From Burkholderiaceae bacterium (GTDB lineage Bacteria; Pseudomonadota; Gammaproteobacteria; Burkholderiales; Burkholderiaceae_B), in assembly GCA_046318595.1 (NCBI GenBank), contig JBKCTV010000091.1, positions 63,102 through 127,101 on the forward strand: 64,000 nt of DNA. The letters run 5' to 3'. This document shows, piece after piece, positions 37,024 to 45,661 of the stretch (its first letter is position 1; every line of letters starts with the position of its first letter). A model generated the notes under the pieces. The model was not told the DNA's origin and ran no database searches. It worked only from the letters and a program-made list of their open reading frames with translations. The position numbers and the translations under genes are program-made.

Positions 37024-38205
37024 GTGAATCCATCCGCACGCGCGCATTCCGAGAACCGCTTGTGGATCGGTGTCATGACCGGCACCAGCACAGATGGCTT
37101 GGACGCAGCCGCCATGCGGTTTGCTGCACCAGAGTATCCGGCAAGCGTCGAGCTCGTGGCGGCGGTGTCGCTGCCTTTCGATCGGAGTCTGCGCGACGAT
37201 CTGCTGCTACTGCAAAATCCCTTGTCCTTGCGCGCATGGTCTTCGAGTCAGGCCGGTCATGATCTGCTGTTACATGTCGAGCAAACTGGTCTGCGCTTGA
37301 GCAAAGCATACGCAGACTGCGTCCAACATTTGCTAGCCTCGAAAAGCTGGCCGCGCAACGCTATTTGCGCAGTCGGCGCGCATGGTCAAACGCTCCGGCA
37401 CCGCCCTGAGCTGGGCGTGACCTTGCAACTGCTTGACCCCCACACATTGGCGGAAACGACGGGTTTGAGCGTTGTCTCCGACTTTCGGCGCCGGGATGTG
37501 GCCGCTGGCGGGCAGGGCGCGCCGCTGGTGCCTGCTTTTCATCGCTATTGGTTGGCCGCCCGTGGGCTGCACAAAGCCCTCGTGCTGAACATCGGTGGTT
37601 TCGCGAATATCTCCGTGTTGGCGGCGGAAGCGGTTTATGGGACCGATTGCGGCCCTGGCAATGTATTGATGGATGCCTGGATCCAGCAGCATCTGCAGCG
37701 CGACTACGACGCCGGCGGCGCTTGGGCTGCCACCGGTCGTGTGTCGGACGGGCTCCTGCAGATTTTTTTGCAGCATCCTTTTTTTCGGCGCGCGTTGCCC
37801 GGCAGCACCGGACGCGACGACTTTTCTCTGCAGTGGCTCAACGAATGCCTCGACGTTCAGCGGCGGGCGGGGCATCGGCTTACGCCAGTTGATGTGCAAG
37901 CCACGCTCTTGGCGCTGACCGTGCAGGGCATCGCTCGCGCCGTCGAGCATTATGCACTCATGGATGCTGACCTTGTGGTGTGCGGCGGCGGAGCTTACAA
38001 CCGGGCCTTGTTGAATGCTTTGCAGCAGGCCTTACCGGCTGTGCGGATTCGGACTGGCGAGGAGTTCGGGTTGCCGGCGCAATTCGTCGAGGCGGCCGCC
38101 TTCGCCTGGTTGGCGCGCCAGGCGTGGTTGGGGTTGCCGGGTAATTTACCGGCAGTGACTGGTGCTGCAGGATGGCGCGTATTGGGCAGTATCACACACG
38201 CTTGA
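37024..38205 (+). CDS. anmK: anhydro-N-acetylmuramic acid kinase
   Basis: 393 aa with the IGVMTGTSTDGLDAA N-terminal ATPase motif. The start is a GTG at 37024, so it is uncertain. Confidence 0.85.
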   Translation: MNPSARAHSENRLWIGVMTGTSTDGLDAAAMRFAAPEYPASVELVAAVSLPFDRSLRDDLLLLQNPLSLRAWSSSQAGHDLLLHVEQTGLRLSKAYADCVQHLLASKSWPRNAICAVGAHGQTLRHRPELGVTLQLLDPHTLAETTGLSVVSDFRRRDVAAGGQGAPLVPAFHRYWLAARGLHKALVLNIGGFANISVLAAEAVYGTDCGPGNVLMDAWIQQHLQRDYDAGGAWAATGRVSDGLLQIFLQHPFFRRALPGSTGRDDFSLQWLNECLDVQRRAGHRLTPVDVQATLLALTVQGIARAVEHYALMDADLVVCGGGAYNRALLNALQQALPAVRIRTGEEFGLPAQFVEAAAFAWLARQAWLGLPGNLPAVTGAAGWRVLGSITHA

Positions 38206-38217
38206 GGAAATCGCCGC

Positions 38218-40599
38218 TCATACGATGGCGCTGATTTCAGGTGACTGGATTGGTTTGGCCGGCAAATCCTCGGTCGGCTCCAGATCGTGCTGATCGTTCT
38301 GCGCGCTGGCGGTGCCAAACCCGAAGTGATCGGCAAGAATAAACGCCGTATTGCTGATCTCGGCGTCCTGCATGTCCATTTCGTTCGCACCGGCAGGCAA
38401 GGGAAACGCCGCTTTGTCCGCGACGCTTCGTTCGTCGACCCAGAGCGTCGGCAATGGGATGCCAGCTTGACGCGTGAGCTGGAATTCCCATTCTTCCAGT
38501 TGCTGATTCCAGTCGCTGGTCACCACGGCGATCAGCCCCGCTGGCAAGCCGGTGCTGCGAACATGAGACAGTGCCCGGGCTACGTTCCGAATCTGAATGA
38601 AAGGGATCTGCAGTGTTTTGAGGTGCTCCCGCAGACTGGTCGTTCGTACTTCCGGGTTAGCCAGAATAATAATGTAGCGCTGTCCGGCGATGACCGTTGC
38701 CCTGTTGAGCAAATCGGTCGGCTCCAGTGAAGACGCTGCTGGCTTGGGAATTTCGATGATTACGCGCGTTCCGGAGACCGACTGGTCAGGCCGCTTCATT
38801 TCCTGGAGCAGGACACGCACGCCGGTGCGTTTGGCCAGCTTTTTCATTAAAACCGAACCGTAACCCCAACCTTTATGCTGTTTGTCGGCCTGAGAAGAAA
38901 TACCGGGCCCGCTGTCTTGAATCCAGAGCTGCCAATGCCGCTTTTTCCAGCGTACGCCGATTAGCACACCGCCGGTCTGCGTGTATTTGACTGCATTGTC
39001 GATGATGTTACGAATCAAGCGCCGCAGGGGCTCGGCCTGAACTGCGACTCGAACGCGTGTCCCCCCGTAGCGGACATACAAAGACTTATTGCCGGCAACC
39101 TGCCCATACTCGGCAACCAAAGGCCCTATGACCTCATCCAGGGCCAGCATCGGCGCTGCGGTATCGTTCTTGCCTTCGAGCTCATGTTCCATCGTGTGGA
39201 AAAAATCGTCAAGCATTGCGGTCAATGACTTTTGCGAGGCGATCATTTTCTGTGTTCGGCTCGAACTGGCAGGGTTCTGCGACAAATGCGATTCGAGCCC
39301 TAACATCAGCGTCAACGACTGCAAAGGCTGTCGCAGATCGTGCCGGTAGCCTCGCAGCGTTTCGCGCAGCCGGACGCCAGCTTCGGTAAAGCGAATAGTA
39401 TTGAGTTCTCGCTGGCGTTGCGCATAGGTAATCGCCAGCTTATCTTTCAGTGTCCGGTGGTTGAACTGCAGGTAAAACAACCCCAGTATGGAAATGCTGG
39501 TCGACGCCAGCGGCCCGTACACATCCACCCAGGGAGGGTGAACGAACGAAATACAGCCAAGTGCTACCAGAGCGGCCATACATTTCAGCGCAGCCAGCAC
39601 CCGAATACCTGAGGCCCACGCTGAAAAAAACGTTTCGGGTTGGACAAAAACAAAAATCGCCGCATTGAATATGGCCGAGGCCGCCGTCAAAGCGATGATT
39701 GCATGATTCGTACCGATATGCGCTACGCCTAGCAGCATCAACATCACCGCCAACTCGAGTAGCGACAAACGGTTCAACCGCCGTTTCACTTGACAGCCAT
39801 GACAAACCATGCGGGCTATGTTCGTGAATGCGACGATCGACAGTGCTACGATTCCAATCAAGGCCTGCGCCAAAGCGACCGACCCGAGGGACAGCACTTT
39901 CAAATGCACTTGCTCGAAGCTGCCGCACAACAAACCGATCGATAGAACCATCGATGCGCTCAACCAGAGCTTCAGCTGAATACTTTCGATCCCGCCATAC
40001 GCCCAGATGATTAGCAGTAGTAGAGACGGAATGAAAAACAGCATTAATTCCAAACCGCGCGTAATCACCTCCTGGCGCGCGTATTCGGTAGCTTCATAAA
40101 GATTCACCTGCGGCAGGCTTAAATCATAAGAGGCGGTACTGACGCGAAAGTGCGCACCGCCATAGGTCGGTACTTTGATCGGAAACTCTTTGGGCGGAGA
40201 GAATAAATAAAACGGACCATAGGAGGATTGCTCGGCAACCGGTTCCCAGGAAGAGGCGTCGTAGCTGACCTCGACGGTGGCAACCAGTAGGCCGGGAGAC
40301 TGCACGACCAGAATTTTTTCTGTTCGGCCCAGGGTGGAAGCTGCAAGCCGAAGTATAGTCTGGCGCTCGTGGAGCCGAGCGCCATGAGCGCTGGCCATGC
40401 TTTTCAGCATGCCTTGACTTTTGGTATCCGACAAACGCTGTCGGTAGTGCTCTTCCTTGCTTAGAGTATAAAATACGAAACAGGTGAGCAGTAGACTGGC
40501 GGCGATGACGACGGCATTGATCCATTGATCGGGACCAACCCCCGACGTCTTAGGTGTTTTCATGAGTGATGCTTGGCGAAAACTAGATGGCAGGCTCAA
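38218..40599 (-). CDS. sensor histidine kinase with 1+7 TM sensor module and C-terminal extension
   Basis: 793 aa. It has an H-box (GYRHDLRQPLQSL), an N-box (DNAVKYT), a G1 box (QDSGPGIS) and a G2 box (GWGYG). One TM segment is followed by a ~130-aa periplasmic segment and seven more TM segments. About 170 aa follow the ATPase domain. The TTG start at 40599 overlaps the regulator stop (TTGA); the ATG at 40563 is an alternative. Confidence 0.8.
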   Translation of the reverse strand: MSLPSSFRQASLMKTPKTSGVGPDQWINAVVIAASLLLTCFVFYTLSKEEHYRQRLSDTKSQGMLKSMASAHGARLHERQTILRLAASTLGRTEKILVVQSPGLLVATVEVSYDASSWEPVAEQSSYGPFYLFSPPKEFPIKVPTYGGAHFRVSTASYDLSLPQVNLYEATEYARQEVITRGLELMLFFIPSLLLLIIWAYGGIESIQLKLWLSASMVLSIGLLCGSFEQVHLKVLSLGSVALAQALIGIVALSIVAFTNIARMVCHGCQVKRRLNRLSLLELAVMLMLLGVAHIGTNHAIIALTAASAIFNAAIFVFVQPETFFSAWASGIRVLAALKCMAALVALGCISFVHPPWVDVYGPLASTSISILGLFYLQFNHRTLKDKLAITYAQRQRELNTIRFTEAGVRLRETLRGYRHDLRQPLQSLTLMLGLESHLSQNPASSSRTQKMIASQKSLTAMLDDFFHTMEHELEGKNDTAAPMLALDEVIGPLVAEYGQVAGNKSLYVRYGGTRVRVAVQAEPLRRLIRNIIDNAVKYTQTGGVLIGVRWKKRHWQLWIQDSGPGISSQADKQHKGWGYGSVLMKKLAKRTGVRVLLQEMKRPDQSVSGTRVIIEIPKPAASSLEPTDLLNRATVIAGQRYIIILANPEVRTTSLREHLKTLQIPFIQIRNVARALSHVRSTGLPAGLIAVVTSDWNQQLEEWEFQLTRQAGIPLPTLWVDERSVADKAAFPLPAGANEMDMQDAEISNTAFILADHFGFGTASAQNDQHDLEPTEDLPAKPIQSPEISAIV

Positions 40600-41276
40600 T
40601 AACTACGTACCTGATCGGTCAGGTTTGGCATTTTTCGATACAGACTGACGGCCTGAGTGCGGTTTTTGACGTTCATGCGGGTAAAGATTTCGCGAAGGTG
40701 GGTTTTGATGGTTTCGGGTGACAAATTCAGTTTGCGGGCGATTTCCTTGTTGGACATCCCCGCGGCCAAATATTGCATGACCTCCTGTTGTTTTATCGTC
40801 AAATGAATGCCTGTGGCGTTTTGGTTGCGGCGTTGAGCGTCGCCTGAATTGCGGTGGTTGACGACGGCGTTCGGACGCCATTGTACGGTTACGCCGGCAC
40901 GGCTCAGTGCTTCGAGTAAAACCTGAGATGTCTGTTCGAAGCTGTCGGATTTTGACAGTTTCCAGCAACGGTTATAGCGCAGCGTGTCCACCATGTTCAG
41001 CAAAGCGTCCTCGCCACTCATGGCCAGCAATGGGATTTGCGGAGCTGCTTGTTGTAGTGCATCCAGCACGCCCAGGCCTTGCAGGTCGGGAAGCCGCAAA
41101 TCAGCGATGATGAGGTTTGGGGAGATGTTGACGAGGTAACGTAAGCCTTCGGAAAGCGAAGGCACACAATCGATGGTTACGTCGGCTGCAACGAACTCGA
41201 CGAGTTCGCGTATGCCGGTGGCAAACAAAGGGTGGTCTTCAATGATGAGAATGCGTGCGTTCGAGCTGTTATTCAT
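40596..41276 (-). CDS. NarL/FixJ (LuxR-type HTH) response regulator
   Basis: 226 aa from the ATG at 41276 (GGGGAGA Shine-Dalgarno). The receiver has an ED pair (LIIEDHP) and the phospho-Asp context IIADLRLPD. The C-terminal LuxR HTH is GMSNKEIARKLNLSPETIKTHLREIF. Confidence 0.85.
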   Translation of the reverse strand: MNNSSNARILIIEDHPLFATGIRELVEFVAADVTIDCVPSLSEGLRYLVNISPNLIIADLRLPDLQGLGVLDALQQAAPQIPLLAMSGEDALLNMVDTLRYNRCWKLSKSDSFEQTSQVLLEALSRAGVTVQWRPNAVVNHRNSGDAQRRNQNATGIHLTIKQQEVMQYLAAGMSNKEIARKLNLSPETIKTHLREIFTRMNVKNRTQAVSLYRKMPNLTDQVRSY

Positions 41277-41494
41277 GTTGTATCTCCCCAAGTTTCAATT
41301 TTTTACGGGTTATCGCTTGCTTGGTGGTGGGTTCTCACCAATCCTTGCTCGCCCGCCATGACCAACCCGCGTATGACAGAAGGATGGGATAACCCACCCT
41401 TTGAGTCAAACGCCCCTGATAATGCCGTTGTACAACTTTCGGGTGATATAAACAATCTTTTACTTTAATCTGCCTTGGTCTGCGAAATCGCTGT

Positions 41495-41511
41495 TTTCTA
41501 AATTTTAGAAA
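41495..41511. repeat. perfect 17-bp palindrome TTTCTAAA-T-TTTAGAAA
   Basis: Read directly. It lies 219 bp upstream of the response-regulator ATG and overlaps the stop codon of the 45-codon sORF. Confidence 0.8.
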
Positions 41512-41635
41512 GCATTGATTTCGGATCCCTTCTCGGATAGTTTTTCAACATTCTGTTTTTATTGGATTTTAAATGGTCTACTGGAAACCGTGCAATTGAA
41601 AATTGTTGTAAAACGAAAAAAGCACTTTTTTTCAT
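41498..41635 (-). CDS. possible 45-aa basic small protein
   Basis: AAGGAG precedes the ATG with only a short 3-nt spacer (TTG). The peptide is MKKSAFFVLQQFSIARFPVDHLKSNKNRMLKNYPRRDPKSMLSKI. It is the distal part of track ORF 41498..41842, whose upstream part overlaps the DUF748 gene start. No family is recognised and the region is very AT-rich, so a chance ORF is plausible. Confidence 0.25.
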   Translation of the reverse strand: MKKSAFFVLQQFSIARFPVDHLKSNKNRMLKNYPRRDPKSMLSKI

Positions 41636-41734
41636 CAACTCCTTCGTTTGGGTGAGGCTTGTCACCCGGGGTGATTGTGAGGGTGATACAGATGGGATTA
41701 ATCGGAGCAGGTGCTCCATAAACACAGGACGGGC

Positions 41735-44700
41735 ATGAGCTTGCGACGTTTTTCGGTAATCGGCTGGTGGGGATGGGCGGTGCTCGGCATTGTGGTGTCG
41801 GCGCTGTTGTATATCGGCTTCATAAAGATTTATCTGCCCCAACTGATTTGTAGGCAGGCTGTGCAGCAGGTGGCCGATCAGCTTGGCGGGCGCCTGAGTA
41901 TCGCGCAGATCACGGTGGGTTTATGGAACGCACGGGCCGACCTTAGCGGACTTCGTCTGTATACGGCCGACCCGAAGGCTTTAGTGCCGGTTGTTAGTAT
42001 CGACCGTTTATCGATCGATGTTTCGGCGATGTCACTGTGGCGCCGGGCCATCGTGATCCAGAAGCTCACAGTTGATCGGCCATCGTTGTTTGTGTCGCGC
42101 ATCAGCGACGGACGTTGGAATGTTTCGCCAATGCTGGACCGGTGGCTAAGCCGTCCGCCTGGCCCGCCGCAAAGGTTTTCGCTGAATAACCTTCGTTTGC
42201 AAAATGGCCTGATCGTTCTCGATGACCGCGTCAACGATAAGCGGCTCACCTTGAGCGAGCTCGGCATCGGGCTGCCATTCATTTCCAATTTTCCCGAATA
42301 CGTCAAAATCGATGTTCTGCCTGCTTTTTCCGCCAAGCTGAATGGTCAGCCGCTTGAAATTGCCGCCACCACGCGCTTATTTGATCGGGTTCGCACGGCA
42401 AGCCTGCTTTTACGGACAACAGAAATGCCGCTGGCCGATTTCGGGAATTACTTACCGTTGCCGACTGGTTGGCGGCTGCGCGATGGGCGCTTGAGCACCG
42501 AGCTGCAATTGATGTTTTCGCAAGCGCCGGGGCAGCCTGCCGCTCTTTCCTTGAGCGGAAAGGCTGCGATCGACGATTTTGCCTTGCAAACGCCTGATGC
42601 GCCGTTGCTGAAATGGCATAGATTAGCGGTCGATGTCGCTGGTTTGGACTGGGCGCGGCGACACGGACGCTTCAGATCGCTTGCGCTCGCGGAGCCGCAG
42701 CTGATACTGGCGAGACAAAACGACGGCTCGCTGACTGGTCTGCCGCAGAGCACGGGTTCGCAGCAGGGCACACTAACTGAGCCGGGCATGTCACCGGCTC
42801 CCTGGCGCCTCGATGTCGATGCGCTGACCCTTGTGGCGGGTGCTATCGAATGGCGGGATACAGCGGCGGCGGCCGGCGCCGATGGCTTTCGCGGCGGCTT
42901 GAGCAACCTGCGGCTCGATTTACGCCGTTTCAGTACACATTCGGAGCAGCCCGCCCGATTTCAGATGCAGGCCGAAACGCCGCAGGCAGGGCGCTTCCAG
43001 CATGAAGGCGAGCTGATAAAAACGCCTGCCGGGTGGGCGGCCAATGGCCGGATCGGTCTGGAAAACGTTGCGCTCATGCCTTACCGCGGCTATCTTCAAA
43101 CGGCGTTTGGACGCGCGCTCACCGCGAGGCAAACCACTGGACGCACCGATTACCGTTTCGATTGGTCTCCGGGCCGGACGCCTGGGCTTTCCTTGATCGA
43201 TCTGCAGATGAAGCTCAACGACATCGCGCTGAGCGCCGCGGTCCAACCGGTGGTTTCGCAAACTCCAGGTGCAGGTATTCCAGACGAAAGCCTGCAACTG
43301 AGCACCGTCACGGTCACCGCGCCGCTGCTGGATTTCGCAGCGCATCGCTTTCATGTGGCGACTTTGGCCCTCGATGGTTTGAGCCTGGGGGTTCAGCGTC
43401 ATGCGTCGGGGGTTAGGCTGGAGGGCTATGGCGAGTTGCAGAAAACCGCTACTCTCTCCCCGGCGCGCGTGCTGTATGCGCCGGCTGCACAAAACTCGGC
43501 GTCTGATATTCGCGTGGACCGCGTGGAAATCAGCCGGTCGCGGCTGCATTGGACCGATACCACCGCGCCTGAAAAAATATCGGCCGTGCTGGATCAGCTC
43601 AGCGCGACGGCCGGGCCCTGGCAAAGCCGTCAGACGGCGGCCCTGCCCATCAGACTGGCGGCACGGTTTGACGGAACCGGCCGTCTGCAAATCAAAGGCA
43701 CGGTCAAGCCCAATGGAGCTGCGCAGGCCGATGTCGATTTGCAAAACTTGTCTTTTGTCTTCCTGCAGGCTTATGTTGCTGACCAGTTGAACATGCGGCT
43801 GGTCAACGGCGCGCTGAACGGGAAATTCCACTGCGACATGCAGGTCGCACCGTTCAAACTCGCTGCCAGTGGCGCGCTCGACATTCGCAATCTCAAAGCC
43901 GTCGATAAAATTGAAAATGTCGAGCTGCTGGGGTGGCAGAGCCTATCTTTGAAAAGTTTCACGCTGGCCGTCGGCGGTGTTCAGCCCGTGAACTTCAAAG
44001 CCGAGCAGGCAGCCCTGACTGGCTTGCGGGCACGCGTCATCGTAGGCGCAAACGGCCGCGTCAATCTGCAAAATATCGTCAGTCGCGAGCGCACGAGCGT
44101 GGTTGCCGCGCAGCCCGCCATGCCGGCGCCTGCGGTCGTTGCGCTGCCTGCTTCGGCCGTGCCCCGTCTGACGCTCGATGTCTTGACGCTGACCGATGGG
44201 GCGGTGCGCTTTACGGACAACTTTATTCAGCCGCATTACAGCGCTGATTTGACGGAGTTGAGTGGTCGGATCGGCCCTATCGCATCGTATGGCGAGCAGG
44301 CGACCGAGATTCAAATAGCGGGCTCGGTCGATGGTGACGGGGTGCTCGACATCAAAGGCCAGGCGAATTTGTTCGCTAAACCGCTCCAGCTTGACATCGC
44401 AGCCAAAGCCAGCGACCTTGAGCTGACGCGTTTGTCGCCGTACGCACAGAAATACGCCGGCTATGCTATTGAAAAAGGCAAATTGTCGACCGAAGTGCGT
44501 TATCGCATCGACAATGGACGCTTGAATGCGCAAAACCGTTTGTTCCTAGATCAGTTGACCTTCGGTGATAAAGTCGACAGCGTGATGGCGACTACGCTGC
44601 CGGTACGGCTCGCCGTATCGCTCCTCAAAAACAGCCGGGGCGAAATCGATCTCAATCTGCCCATTTCCGGCAGCATCGACGACCCTGAGTTCAACATTGG

Positions 44701-45151
44701 AGCGGTCATCTGGAAAGCGCTCGGCAATCTGCTGGCTCGTGCGGTGACGGCGCCATTTAGTTTGTTGGGCCATATGGGCGACACGGGTGGTGAGTCGTTG
44801 GCGTACATCGAGTTCGAGCCTGGTCAAACTAGTTTGACGCCGGCGGCCCGGGTAAAGCTCGATGGTCTGGTGAAAGTGTTGCACGACAAGCCGTCTTTGC
44901 GCTTGGATATTGCCGGTTATGCCGATCCGCAGGCTGATGCAGATGGTCTGCGCAAACAGCGGCTCATCGGTCTCAAGGCCGTAGCGGCCCAGGAGCTTCG
45001 CGATCTGGCCTGGGCCCGAGCAGTGGCCGTGCGCGCCGCAATCGAAGCCAGTCGCCAGGTCCAACCGGAAAGGCTCTTTTTGACGGCGCCATGCGTTGGC
45101 AAAAGCGAGGATGCCGACAGCGGTTTACGGGTCCAGTTCATGTTGCGTTGA
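41735..45151 (+). CDS. DUF748 / AsmA-like large membrane-anchored protein with OmpA-like C-terminal module
   Basis: 1138 aa from the ATG at 41735 (the track ORF starts at the GTG at 41711). It has a single N-terminal TM segment (VIGWWGWAVLGIVVSALLYIGFI) and a long beta-rich repetitive body. The C-terminus (FEPGQTSLTPAARVKLDGLVKVL...LRLDIAGYADPQAD...ARAVAVRAAI) resembles an OmpA/MotB peptidoglycan-binding module. Confidence 0.7.
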   Translation: MSLRRFSVIGWWGWAVLGIVVSALLYIGFIKIYLPQLICRQAVQQVADQLGGRLSIAQITVGLWNARADLSGLRLYTADPKALVPVVSIDRLSIDVSAMSLWRRAIVIQKLTVDRPSLFVSRISDGRWNVSPMLDRWLSRPPGPPQRFSLNNLRLQNGLIVLDDRVNDKRLTLSELGIGLPFISNFPEYVKIDVLPAFSAKLNGQPLEIAATTRLFDRVRTASLLLRTTEMPLADFGNYLPLPTGWRLRDGRLSTELQLMFSQAPGQPAALSLSGKAAIDDFALQTPDAPLLKWHRLAVDVAGLDWARRHGRFRSLALAEPQLILARQNDGSLTGLPQSTGSQQGTLTEPGMSPAPWRLDVDALTLVAGAIEWRDTAAAAGADGFRGGLSNLRLDLRRFSTHSEQPARFQMQAETPQAGRFQHEGELIKTPAGWAANGRIGLENVALMPYRGYLQTAFGRALTARQTTGRTDYRFDWSPGRTPGLSLIDLQMKLNDIALSAAVQPVVSQTPGAGIPDESLQLSTVTVTAPLLDFAAHRFHVATLALDGLSLGVQRHASGVRLEGYGELQKTATLSPARVLYAPAAQNSASDIRVDRVEISRSRLHWTDTTAPEKISAVLDQLSATAGPWQSRQTAALPIRLAARFDGTGRLQIKGTVKPNGAAQADVDLQNLSFVFLQAYVADQLNMRLVNGALNGKFHCDMQVAPFKLAASGALDIRNLKAVDKIENVELLGWQSLSLKSFTLAVGGVQPVNFKAEQAALTGLRARVIVGANGRVNLQNIVSRERTSVVAAQPAMPAPAVVALPASAVPRLTLDVLTLTDGAVRFTDNFIQPHYSADLTELSGRIGPIASYGEQATEIQIAGSVDGDGVLDIKGQANLFAKPLQLDIAAKASDLELTRLSPYAQKYAGYAIEKGKLSTEVRYRIDNGRLNAQNRLFLDQLTFGDKVDSVMATTLPVRLAVSLLKNSRGEIDLNLPISGSIDDPEFNIGAVIWKALGNLLARAVTAPFSLLGHMGDTGGESLAYIEFEPGQTSLTPAARVKLDGLVKVLHDKPSLRLDIAGYADPQADADGLRKQRLIGLKAVAAQELRDLAWARAVAVRAAIEASRQVQPERLFLTAPCVGKSEDADSGLRVQFMLR

Positions 45152-45273
45152 AATAGCGATAAAACTGCTTCGCGGGCGATTTGCCGCTTGAATCGAAAGC
45201 GCGTATACTTCGGCCTGCGAATAAAAGCCAGGAAGTAGTAGTTTGGCAATTCGCAGTGGATGTAGTTAATAAT

Positions 45274-45350
45274 AGGCGCGTAGCTCAGCTGGTTAGAGCA
45301 CTACATTGACATGGTAGGGGTCGTTGGTTCGAGTCCAATCGTGCCTACCA
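45274..45350 (+). tRNA. tRNA-Val (anticodon GAC)
   Basis: Cloverleaf folded by hand. The acceptor is aggcgcg/cgtgcct with one G-U pair, the D arm is gctc...gagc, the anticodon loop is ttGACat, and the T arm is gttgg-ttcgagt-ccaat. It has an encoded CCA. The 31-39 pair is an A-G mismatch. Confidence 0.9.
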
Positions 45351-45661
45351 ACGAAGTTCGAACAAAATTCGCTTTTTCAAAGCGTCACGTTACCGTAATA
45401 AACTAGGCCAAACAATTTTTCGCGAGAAGCTTGTTCGAGCTATAGGCAGGGCCCGAATCATGTTGGCAGAAAAGTGTAATCTAGTCACTTAAGATGTGAC
45501 GAACTGCTAGTTCGGAAAGCCAGCGCGCATCAAGCAATCCACCACCTTTCCGCTCGCCCATTTCAAAGGCGCTAAACCTCAAGCAGAGGTGTTAGAGAAA
45601 TTTGCTTGCCTGAGTTGTGATAATGTACAGCCCTGAATTTTAATGTTCAAACAGGAATTAC

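Noticed and set aside
41636-41842. Upstream two-thirds of the 114-aa ORF 41498-41842.
   Set aside because: It overlaps the start of the DUF748 gene on the opposite strand and has no ribosome-binding site. Only the distal 45 codons have a Shine-Dalgarno, and even that is a low-confidence call.
45351-45661. thrS leader hairpins (gtcac-ttaagat-gtgac and cgaac-tgcta-gttcg) as tRNA-Thr anticodon-arm mimics. A possible extended -10 (TGTGATAAT, about 45618-45626) was also noted.
   Set aside because: The loop sequences do not contain a Thr anticodon (NGU) in the right position, and the promoter call lacks a -35. Both are too weak to report as features.
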